Assembly (NCBI GenBank): GCA_025463925.1
Contig: JAODBK010000049.1
Span: forward strand, 111,535-151,534
DNA length: 40,000 nt
Source of the DNA: Acidimicrobiales bacterium
GTDB taxonomy: Bacteria > Actinomycetota > Acidimicrobiia > Acidimicrobiales > AC-14
Reading direction: 5' to 3'
Shown: positions 33,327 to 40,000 of the stretch, in pieces
How positions within the stretch are numbered: position 1 is the first letter of the stretch
How the letters are laid out: each line of letters starts with the position of its first letter
Notes under the pieces: model-generated
What the model was told of the DNA's origin: nothing
Seen by the model: the letters and a program-made list of their open reading frames with translations, nothing else
Database searches by the model: none
Translations under genes and position numbers: made by a program

Positions 33327-33425
33327 CCTGCAAAACCCCTGTACACCGGTTCGATTCCGGTCGCCGCCTCTACAAGCTTTGTGTTGGTCACGTGCGGTGC
33401 ACTGGGCTTTGTCTCGCTCCGCTCG
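33327..33425 (+). repeat. Distal att-type direct repeat (displaced tRNA-Cys 3' half plus flank)
   Basis: Block 1 is 33327-33370, with one substitution and one extra base versus the proximal copy; it ends ...gcctcTA rather than CCA. A 14-nt spacer follows. Block 2 is 33385-33425, with 2 mismatches. Confidence 0.8.
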
Positions 33426-33504
33426 CCTGAACACCATGCCGCGCGCCGCGCGTCACCATGTCCGTACCTGGCAAACTTTGACGACCTGACGTCGAGGAGG
33501 TGAC

Positions 33505-33708
33505 GTGACCGAACCGCAGCGAGTAGGTGAGCAGCACCCGTCGGCGCGTCGTGCCTCTCTCGAGGAGCTCGCCCATCAGAAGGGCCTGAAGCCCGTCGAG
33601 TCCATCAACGACCTCGAGGCCTTCGCCCTCGACGTCTGGGACTCTGACGAGGACCTGCAGGCGTTTCTGGCAGACGTGCACGCCAGCCGCCACGCCGATC
33701 TCGCCTGA
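33505..33708 (+). CDS. Putative type II antitoxin (PIN-toxin-associated type)
   Basis: ORF 33505..33708 with RBS gaggagg 4 nt upstream of the GTG. SLEELAHQKGLKPVESINDLEAFALDVWDSDEDLQAFLADVHASR resembles antitoxins found upstream of VapC genes. Confidence 0.5.
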   Translation: MTEPQRVGEQHPSARRASLEELAHQKGLKPVESINDLEAFALDVWDSDEDLQAFLADVHASRHADLA

Positions 33709-33713
33709 GCCCT

Positions 33714-33884
33714 GTGCCCGCAGTCGTCCTCGACACCGGCACGGCCTCACTTCTGCACCTTCGCCAGCTCGAGCCCGCGTACGCACGACACCTGATCGCC
33801 AACACCGCGCTGCTCACGCTCAACCGTCGGGACTTCGATGACTTCTCTCGCCATGACAGCCTGCGGCTGGTCGAAGGCCCTTGA
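33714..33884 (+). pseudogene. Internally collapsed PIN-domain (VapC-like) toxin remnant, 56 codons
   Basis: Hand translation from GTG 33714 gives VPAVVLDTGTASLLHLRQLEPAYARHLIANTALLTLNRRDFDDFSRHDSLRLVEGP*. The PIN N-terminal VVLDT and the C-terminal LLTLNRRDFDDF...L.LV are present, but the ~70 central residues are missing. Confidence 0.5.
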
Positions 33885-34215
33885 TCGCGAGGTCTAGCGA
33901 CTCGCGTCGGCGTCGTCGACTCGTTCGGGCTGACTTCGGATCTGAGTCCAGTACTCGAACATCGTCGTCGACGTCGACCGCGACGCGCTCGCCGTACAGG
34001 CGATCAGTGCCGTCCTTCTTCGGGCCCGAGATCCAGTACTCATCGCCGGTCTCGACATCGTAGTAGTTGGCTTTGCATCCGCCCTTGAGGCTGCGGAAGG
34101 TCTTGCCGCCGTAATAGATGCTGCGACCGGTCTTCGAGAACGTGACACGGCCGATCCGGGCGGGCCCGCTGAGCCCTTCGGCCTTGCACTCGACGTACAT
34201 GATGCGCGGCTTCAT
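33820..34215 (-). CDS. Small hypothetical protein (MKPRIMYVECK...), C-terminus probably frameshifted
   Basis: In-frame part of ORF 33820..34347 from ATG 34215. A second frame (ORF 33894..34148) carries ...FEYWTQIRSQPERVDDADASR* right after ...VDVDDDVR, which suggests a 1-nt insertion near 33955-33963. Confidence 0.5.
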   Translation of the reverse strand: MKPRIMYVECKAEGLSGPARIGRVTFSKTGRSIYYGGKTFRSLKGGCKANYYDVETGDEYWISGPKKDGTDRLYGERVAVDVDDDVRVLDSDPKSARTSRRRRRESLDLAIKGLRPAAGCHGERSHRSPDG

Positions 34216-34365
34216 GTTCCGAGAGCGACCTCGGCGATCGCCGTTGCGACTGTCGTCGGGGGTGGGATTGGGTCGCCGTGCTCCGCCATGAACTCGAGAC
34301 GGAACTGGATCGCCTCGGGCATGAGCTTCTCCGGGGAGCGCGCGCATGTCACGGTCCGATAGTGC
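34212..34365 (-). pseudogene. HicB-like antitoxin fragment
   Basis: This is the tail of off-frame ORF 34212..34784. ...TCARSPEKLMPEAIQFRLEFMAEHGDPIPPPTTV resembles the C-terminal end of the HicB N-domain (EAI..hLE...E.G.PIP.P). Its stop overlaps ATG 34215 (ATGA). The N-terminal part is absent. Confidence 0.3.
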
Positions 34366-35199
34366 TCATGCGGTGAGGGGTTTGGAAGCGGAGATGACGA
34401 GGCCGCGGATCTTGCCGTCCACATCTGTCTTCCCGAAGCGTTGCTCGATGGCCGCTGTCGCCACCGCGGTTGCTTCGGCAAGACGTGAAGGGTGCCGGGC
34501 CTCGATCTCGTTGCGCAATGGTGTGCCCTGGCAGAACGCGATCGCCGGGACCTCGGCCGACCGTGCCCGGCTCCGAGCCTCCAACACCGTGACACCCGCC
34601 GGTGAGACGAAGCCGCCCGCTTCGACATCGGCCTGGATCGCGGCCTCGTCGAAATAGCCGTACGGCGTGCGGGCCAGAAAGAGCGGCGGATCGTCGGCGA
34701 ACAAGCCGCCGACCGCGGCCGCGACCACCGCCGCGAACTCATTGTGTTCGATCGCGTCCCATACGTTGAACAAGAACACGCCACCAGGCCGCAGGACCCG
34801 AGCCACTTCAGCGAACGCGGCCGGCCGATCGGGGAAGAACATCACCCCGAACTGGCACACCACCGCATCGAAGCTTGCGTCACCGAACGGCAGGTCCAGC
34901 ACGTCCCCGCTCTGCCACACCACAGGACGCGACGTGCCAACCGATTGGCCGTAATCGATCATGGACTGACTCAGATCCGTAGCGGTGATCGACACCGATG
35001 CAGGAAGACCAGCCGCCATTGCTCGAGTCACCACACCGGTGCCCGCAGCAACCTCGAGTATCGACCCGAGTTCGAGGTCTTGAAGGCGAGCGACGAGATC
35101 GTCGGCGTAGGGATCAAAGATCAGCGGCACCAGATACCGGTCGTACAACTCCGGCACCGAGCCACCGAACGTCGGATCCTGTGCGCGACGGTCTGACAC
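34366..35199 (-). CDS. Class I SAM-dependent methyltransferase
   Basis: ORF 34366..35232. GTG 35199 was chosen (RBS gaggggg 4 nt upstream). SAM motif I is ILEVAAGTGVV; post-I/II are DAVVCQFGVMFFPD and LRPGGVFLFNVW. Confidence 0.85.
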   Translation of the reverse strand: MSDRRAQDPTFGGSVPELYDRYLVPLIFDPYADDLVARLQDLELGSILEVAAGTGVVTRAMAAGLPASVSITATDLSQSMIDYGQSVGTSRPVVWQSGDVLDLPFGDASFDAVVCQFGVMFFPDRPAAFAEVARVLRPGGVFLFNVWDAIEHNEFAAVVAAAVGGLFADDPPLFLARTPYGYFDEAAIQADVEAGGFVSPAGVTVLEARSRARSAEVPAIAFCQGTPLRNEIEARHPSRLAEATAVATAAIEQRFGKTDVDGKIRGLVISASKPLTA

Positions 35200-35243
35200 G
35201 TGACCCCCTCGAGAGAATTCGGCGCCGAGCACTCCACACCACC

Positions 35244-35260
35244 CTCGTCACACTGACGAG
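35244..35260 (-). terminator. Short hairpin downstream of the cNMP/TrxR-like gene
   Basis: ctcgtca-cac-tgacgag, a perfect 7-bp stem with a 3-nt loop, about 100 nt past the stop at 35364. Confidence 0.3.
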
Positions 35261-35363
35261 AGCACGTCGGGTGACACGACATGGTCGCAGTTCCATCCGA
35301 TCGCGCCGCCGCAGCACCTCGACGGGCACTGCCGACAAGGACCGCCAGCGACTGCCGGAGAGC

Positions 35364-37022
35364 TCAGTCGGCGAAGGCGAGGTAGTCGTGGACGGCGCCC
35401 ACCGCGGCGGATCCTTCGCCCACCGCAGCCGCGACCCGCTTGGTGGAGCCCGATCGGACGTCGCCGACGGCGAACAGCCCGGGGAGGCTCGTCTCGAACG
35501 GCAGCGGACGACGGCCCAACGCGTCCCAACGACCATCGAGGCGCTCGTCGTCGAGGGATCGATCGGTGAGCACGAAGCCACGGGCATCGAGCGCCGCGCA
35601 GCCGGACAGCCACTCCGAGGCCGGATCGGCGCCGATGAAGGAGAACAGGGCCGCGCATGGCATCACGTGCTCGCCATCGGCCCCGGTGACTCGGATCGAC
35701 GCGAGGGAGCGGTCACCGTCGAGACCGGTGATCCTCGTGTCCGTCCGCACGGCGATGCGCGGGTCGTTCTCGATCCGGTCGATGAGGTAGCGCGACATGC
35801 TCGCCGCCAGGTCGGGCCCGCGGATGACGATGATGGTTGGGCTGCCGGCCTCGGCGAGGAACAGCGCCGCCTGGCCGGCCGAGTTGCCGCCGCCGGCGAC
35901 CACGACCGGCGAGCCGGCGCACTGGCGCGCCTCCATCTCGGTGGCCGCGTAGTACACGCCGTTGCCCTCGAAGTCGGCGAGGCGGACGGCGTCGAGTCGC
36001 CGATAGCGCGCACCGGACGCGACGATCACGGCCCGCCCGGCGACGTCGGTCGCATCGGACAGCCGGACGACGAGATGCCCGGCCTCCTCGCGCAGCCCGG
36101 TCGCGGCGCACGGGCTGGTGAGGAGGGCACCGAACTTCTCGGCCTGTACGACGGCCCGCTGGGTGAGGTCACCACCGGAGATCCCGGTCGGGAACCCGAG
36201 ATAGTTCTCGATCCGCGAGCTGCCCCCGGCCTGGCCGCCGACCGCGACCATCTCGACGCCCAAGGTCCGCAGTCCCTCCGACGCGCCGTAGACCGCAGCG
36301 GCCAAGCCGGCCGGACCGCCGCCGACCACGACCAGGTCGAAGCAGCGCTCGGGGATGCTCTCGACGGTCAACCCGAGATAGTCGGCGAGCGCGCCAGGGG
36401 TGGGCCCGCGCAGGACCGACCCGGTGGCGATGACCACCGGCAGCTCGCGTGGGGTGATGCCGAACGCGGTGAGAACCGCTTCCACGGCGGCATCGCGGTC
36501 GGGATCGAGCCACTCGTGCGGGATGCGGCTCCGGGACAGGAACTCGCGGAGTCGGAGCGACTCCGGTGAGAACCGGGACCCGATGACCCGGATGGCCGAG
36601 GCCGCGCCGCTCATCAGACTCGCTCGGCGAGCGATGAAGGCCGCCAACACCGTGTCGCCGAGGCGCGGATTCGTCGCGATCACCCGTTGCAATGCGGCTC
36701 TCGGCACCACGATGACGTCGCCGGACTCCACCACGCGCGCTGACACGAACACCCGCATGCCGGTGAGCATGTTCAGCTCGCCGGAGAAGCCCCCGGCCTC
36801 ATGCCGCGTGATGACCTGCTCCTCGCCGTCGGCCGACACCACGATCTCGACCGCCCCGGAGACGACCACGTAGAAGTCGTAGGTGGTGTCCCCCTCCCGG
36901 TACAGGAACTCGCCCACCGCCATGGACCGCCGCGTCCCGAGCCCGTCGAACACCGCGACGTCCGCGGCGTCCAGCGTCGGGAAGGCCTCGATATCAGCCA
37001 CCTGGGGCCTGCGGTCCGACAT
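35364..37022 (-). CDS. Cyclic-nucleotide-binding domain fused to a thioredoxin-reductase-like flavoprotein lacking the CxxC
   Basis: ORF 35364..37022. N-terminal CNB-like beta-roll (FLYREGDTTYDFYVVVSGAVEIV...GGFSGELNMLTG). FAD motif DLVVVGGGPAGLAAA and NAD(P)H motif VVVAGGGNSAGQAA. GVYYAATEMEA aligns where TrxR has GVSACATCDGF. Confidence 0.85.
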   Translation of the reverse strand: MSDRRPQVADIEAFPTLDAADVAVFDGLGTRRSMAVGEFLYREGDTTYDFYVVVSGAVEIVVSADGEEQVITRHEAGGFSGELNMLTGMRVFVSARVVESGDVIVVPRAALQRVIATNPRLGDTVLAAFIARRASLMSGAASAIRVIGSRFSPESLRLREFLSRSRIPHEWLDPDRDAAVEAVLTAFGITPRELPVVIATGSVLRGPTPGALADYLGLTVESIPERCFDLVVVGGGPAGLAAAVYGASEGLRTLGVEMVAVGGQAGGSSRIENYLGFPTGISGGDLTQRAVVQAEKFGALLTSPCAATGLREEAGHLVVRLSDATDVAGRAVIVASGARYRRLDAVRLADFEGNGVYYAATEMEARQCAGSPVVVAGGGNSAGQAALFLAEAGSPTIIVIRGPDLAASMSRYLIDRIENDPRIAVRTDTRITGLDGDRSLASIRVTGADGEHVMPCAALFSFIGADPASEWLSGCAALDARGFVLTDRSLDDERLDGRWDALGRRPLPFETSLPGLFAVGDVRSGSTKRVAAAVGEGSAAVGAVHDYLAFAD

Positions 37023-37095
37023 GAAGGGCTCTCGTCATGTCCGACATGGTGCCGCCCCTGCGCCCGGTTCGCACCGGGCTCTGACCGGAAAAGCC

Positions 37096-38169
37096 CTAGT
37101 GCCAGGGTTCGAACAGGCCTTCGAACTCGAGCTTGCCGTCACTGACGCGGCCGTAGAGCAGCCAGTCGCCCTTGAAGAGCTGGTGGTCGTGCGGGCCGCC
37201 GGCGATGTGGGTCTGGGGACCACCGGTGGTGCTCGGCATGAAGCGGATCTGCTCGAGCCCGGCCTTGAGGCCCCAACCGGTGAGCACCGGTGCCCGGTGC
37301 AACCCCTCGACGAGCACCCGCGCGGTGTCGTACGCCAGCAATGGGATCGCGTTGGGCCACATCGGCGGGTCGGCCCCGTAGCGCTTGACGTAGCGCGAGT
37401 GGAACCCGTCCACCAGCGGGTTGTCCGGGCAGAGCTGGTCGATGCCCACCCAGCCCTCGAACTTGTCGAACCCCATCAGGTAGAACATGAACGACGTGCC
37501 CATGATGCGCGGCGGGTCCCACCCGAGCTCGTCGAGGGCTCGCCGCAGCGTGCCGTTCGCCGCGATCACGCCGTAGCCCATGTAGACGAGGGCGTCGGCG
37601 CTCGCGTTGCGCAGCTGGCCGAGGTTCGACGCCAAGTTCTCAGGTGTCTGGCTCACGGTCTCGACCGCCGCGATCGACACCCCGCGACGGCGGCACTCCT
37701 GGCGGAAGTACCGGAAGTACTCCTCGCCGTTGGGCGAGACCTCGCTGAGGACCGCGACGCGCTCGTGGCCTTGCTTCTTGAGCCAGCCCACCACGAGGGC
37801 GGCATCGCCACCGCAGTCGCCGTTGCCGAGCCGGAAGCAGTAGTCGCCGTGGTAGCGCTCGGTGCCACACCAGCTGATGAGCGGCACCTCGGCCTCGTTG
37901 GCGTAGCGGCCGAGCACCATCGCGTTGTCGGAGCTGTAGGCGCCGGCGACGCCGATGCACCCGGCGTCGACCAGCTCGCGGAAGCCGTCGATGGCGTTCT
38001 TGGCCGAGCCGTGCGGCAGGCCGTTCTCGGGATGGATGACGAACTCGACCGGCCGGTTGAGCACGCCGGCCTCGATGGCTTCGTCGAACGCCATCCGGTG
38101 GATGTTGTCGTAGCCACCTCCGGGACCGTCGAGCGCCGATCCCAGCCAGCCGATCTTTATCGGGTCCAT
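37096..38169 (-). CDS. Periplasmic-binding-protein-fold (Peripla_BP_6/AmiC-like) protein without signal peptide
   Basis: ORF 37096..38193. ATG 38169 was chosen (RBS ggaagga). It begins MDPIKIGWLGS..., with VGAYSSDNAMVL... typical of LivK/AmiC-type ligand-binding folds. No hydrophobic leader. Confidence 0.7.
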   Translation of the reverse strand: MDPIKIGWLGSALDGPGGGYDNIHRMAFDEAIEAGVLNRPVEFVIHPENGLPHGSAKNAIDGFRELVDAGCIGVAGAYSSDNAMVLGRYANEAEVPLISWCGTERYHGDYCFRLGNGDCGGDAALVVGWLKKQGHERVAVLSEVSPNGEEYFRYFRQECRRRGVSIAAVETVSQTPENLASNLGQLRNASADALVYMGYGVIAANGTLRRALDELGWDPPRIMGTSFMFYLMGFDKFEGWVGIDQLCPDNPLVDGFHSRYVKRYGADPPMWPNAIPLLAYDTARVLVEGLHRAPVLTGWGLKAGLEQIRFMPSTTGGPQTHIAGGPHDHQLFKGDWLLYGRVSDGKLEFEGLFEPWH

Positions 38170-38307
38170 GAAGGTCCTTCCGGCAACTCGCACGGCGCGG
38201 TCGAAGCCGACAATATATGTTTCGGCGACACGACGACCATCGAGGCCTTGTCGTCCGGTGGTTGCACGCGCCGGCGTCGATAGAGTCTGCGCTTCCGGGA
38301 GGAGCCG

Positions 38308-39087
38308 ATGTCACCGAAGATCCAGCTGGAGTACGACGGCCCGATCGCCACGATCACCAACAACAACCCGGACAAGCACAACGCGTTCGACGACGAGATG
38401 GACCGGCGCCTCTGGGAGATCCTCGGCGAGCTGAAGCAGCGGCCCGATGTGCGCGCGGTGATCTGGCGAGCCGAGGGCAAGTCGTGGTCGTCGGGCCGCG
38501 ACGTCGGCGCGCTCGGCGGCGGTCAGGTCGCGGTCTCCCATCACGAGCTCATGCGGGGCGGGCATCGCGGCATCCAGCAGCTGTGGGACATCGACGCCGC
38601 GGTCATCGTGGCGTGCAAGGGCTGGTCGATCGGCGGCTCGTTCCAACGCGCCCTGCTGTGCGACATTCGCGTCGCCGCGGAAGGCGCCCGCTTCCGGCTG
38701 CCCGAGGTCGGCTACGGCGTCATCCCGGACACCGGCGGCGTGGGCGTGCTGTACCAGATGGCTGGCCATGGGGTCGTGAGCGACATGGTGCTCACCGGCC
38801 GGGTGCTGTCGGCCGACGAGGCGCTGCAGCACGGCGTCGTCAGCCGGGTGGTGCCCGAGGCCGAGCTGGACGAGACGGTGCGGTCGATGGCCGAGCAGAT
38901 CGCGGCCTCGCCGCAGGTCACCGTGAAGCTGGCTCGCGAGGTCATCCGCCACCTGGCGCTGCCGGCGCTGCGGACGTCGATGGCCGACGAGATGATCTAC
39001 CAGACCTTCATCGCCAGGAGCGACGACATGGCCGAGATGCGCGCCGCCAGGGCGGACGATCGCCCGCCGCATTACACGGGCAGCTGA
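38308..39087 (+). CDS. Enoyl-CoA hydratase/isomerase family protein
   Basis: ORF 38308..39087 with RBS gggaggag upstream. ATITNNNPDKHNAFD...AVIWRAEGKSWSSGRDV...VIVACKGWSIGGSFQRALLCDIRVAAE fits the crotonase fold. Confidence 0.85.
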   Translation: MSPKIQLEYDGPIATITNNNPDKHNAFDDEMDRRLWEILGELKQRPDVRAVIWRAEGKSWSSGRDVGALGGGQVAVSHHELMRGGHRGIQQLWDIDAAVIVACKGWSIGGSFQRALLCDIRVAAEGARFRLPEVGYGVIPDTGGVGVLYQMAGHGVVSDMVLTGRVLSADEALQHGVVSRVVPEAELDETVRSMAEQIAASPQVTVKLAREVIRHLALPALRTSMADEMIYQTFIARSDDMAEMRAARADDRPPHYTGS

Positions 39088-39112
39088 CCAGTGCCGCGAA
39101 CGAGGAAGTCGA

Positions 39113-40000
39113 GTGAAGATGACTGACGCGATCGGGCTTCCGCCGCCGCCGCCGGTGGGGGAGACCGCGCTGAAGCCCGGCACCTTCGCCGGCGAGACGG
39201 TCTTCGTGACGGGCGCCGGCACCGGCCTGGGCAAGGCGATCGCGGCGGAGTTCGCCCGCCTCGGCGCGTCGATCGTGATCGCCAGCCGCAAGGACGAGCA
39301 CCTGGAAGCCGGGGAGGCGGCGATGAAGGCGCTCGGCGCGCCGGTCCTCACCGTCACCTGCGACATCCGCGAGCCCGAGGACATCGCCGCAGCGTTCGAA
39401 GCCGCCGCCGGCGCGTTCGGCCTCCCGGGCGTGCTGATCAACAACGCCGCCGCCAACTTCCCGGTGCCGGCCGAGGACATGTCGCCCAACGCCTGGCGCA
39501 CCGTCGTCGACATCACGCTCAACGGCACCTTCTTCTGCGCGCGCGAGTTCGGCCGCCGCCACCTGGCCGCCGGCACGCCGGGGTCGATCGTCAACATCGG
39601 CGCGTCGTACGCGTGGACGGGTGGTCCCGGCTTCGCCCACTCGGCCGCGGCCAAGGCCGGCGTCAAGAACCTCACCGAATCGCTCGCGGTCGAGTGGGGT
39701 CCGTACGGCATCCAGGTGAATAGCCTGGTGCCGGGACTGTTCCCCCACGAGGACATGACGGCCGACATCCAGGGCAACCTGCAGCGCACCAACGACAAGG
39801 ACGTCTGCCAGCCCGCCCTCCGGGTCGGGCAGCGCCAGGAGCTCGGGTGGGCGGCGACGTTCCTCGCCTCGCCCTACGCCCGCTTCATCTCCGGCCACAC
39901 CCTCGTGGTGGACGGGGCGAACTGGCAGCGCCGCCTCCTCACCAACCCGCCCGTCGTCACCGTCCGCGACCAGATGGGCAAGGGCCCGTTCGAGCCCTGA
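39113..40000 (+). CDS. Short-chain dehydrogenase, 2,4-dienoyl-CoA reductase (DECR)-like
   Basis: ORF 39113..40000, with the stop at the window end. VFVTGAGTGLGKAIA (TGxxxGxG), INNAAANF, AAKAGVKNLTESLAVEWGPYGIQVNSLVPG. The overall pattern resembles peroxisomal/mitochondrial DECR. Start is either GTG 39113 or ATG 39119. Confidence 0.85.
   Translation: MKMTDAIGLPPPPPVGETALKPGTFAGETVFVTGAGTGLGKAIAAEFARLGASIVIASRKDEHLEAGEAAMKALGAPVLTVTCDIREPEDIAAAFEAAAGAFGLPGVLINNAAANFPVPAEDMSPNAWRTVVDITLNGTFFCAREFGRRHLAAGTPGSIVNIGASYAWTGGPGFAHSAAAKAGVKNLTESLAVEWGPYGIQVNSLVPGLFPHEDMTADIQGNLQRTNDKDVCQPALRVGQRQELGWAATFLASPYARFISGHTLVVDGANWQRRLLTNPPVVTVRDQMGKGPFEP

Larger units (their letters stand above)
30438..33370. 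mobile_element. Minimal tRNA-Cys-integrated element (about 2.9 kb): integrase, two Xis-like HTH genes, three small ORFs
   Basis: An identical 34-nt core (ccctgtacaccggttcgattccggtcgccgcctc) occurs at 30438-30471, inside the tRNA 3' half, and again at 33337-33370. A tyrosine integrase gene lies between the copies, and A/T-ending codons are visibly more frequent than in flanking genes. Confidence 0.8.

Noticed and set aside
34212-34784. 190-aa minus-strand ORF overlapping the methyltransferase
   Set aside because: Most of it is an off-frame of a well-supported SAM-methyltransferase gene. Only the last ~50 codons, downstream of the methyltransferase stop, were kept, as a possible HicB-like remnant.
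38311-39898. Minus-strand ORFs 38311..39798 and 39008..39898
   Set aside because: They are antisense to clear crotonase and SDR genes and have no motifs.
1-40000. Scan for CRISPR arrays, rRNA, IS inverted repeats/transposases and known riboswitch-like leaders
   Set aside because: I saw no regularly spaced repeats, no rRNA-like conserved stretches and no DDE/serine transposase motifs in any ORF. The intergenic regions are short (mostly under 130 nt) and contain only simple hairpins or palindromes.

Overview
High-GC, densely coding actinobacterial-type chromosomal segment with about 45 protein genes and 1 tRNA. I saw no rRNA, CRISPR array or IS transposase. 1-10.2 kb holds lipid/aromatic-catabolism style genes: family III CoA-transferase, fumarylacetoacetase, two SnoaL/NTF2 proteins, an APH-fold kinase, a divergent pair of WS/DGAT acyltransferases, an acyl-CoA synthetase and an enoyl-CoA hydratase. 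10.3-13.3 kb holds an LPXTG surface protein and an orphan soluble PAS-GAF-PAS histidine kinase. 13.5-17.6 kb holds a lipoprotein gene followed by an atypical FtsH-like AAA/M41 protease. Its Walker A loop is split by a 333-aa LAGLIDADG intein carrying the class-3 (Trp-Cys-Thr) signature; this is the most unusual object in the window. 17.6-22 kb is a translationally coupled amino-sugar-salvage-like operon (nucleotidyltransferase, NahK-like anomeric kinase, tandem GNAT, GH20). Next come PpgK, a HAMP/class III adenylate cyclase and a Liv-type ABC importer. tRNA-Cys(GCA) at 30.4 kb is occupied by a 2.9-kb minimal integrative element (tyrosine integrase, two Xis-like HTH genes, small cargo). The element is bounded by bipartite imperfect direct repeats and carries tandem arm-type 11-mers. 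Downstream lie toxin-antitoxin debris (an antitoxin with a collapsed PIN toxin, a HicB-like fragment, a probably frameshifted small gene) and a methyltransferase. The right end holds a cNMP-binding TrxR-like flavoprotein lacking the redox CxxC, a signal-less SBP-like protein, a second enoyl-CoA hydratase and a DECR-like SDR. All functional calls come from motif recognition by eye on the supplied translations and hand inspection of the DNA; no database search was run.
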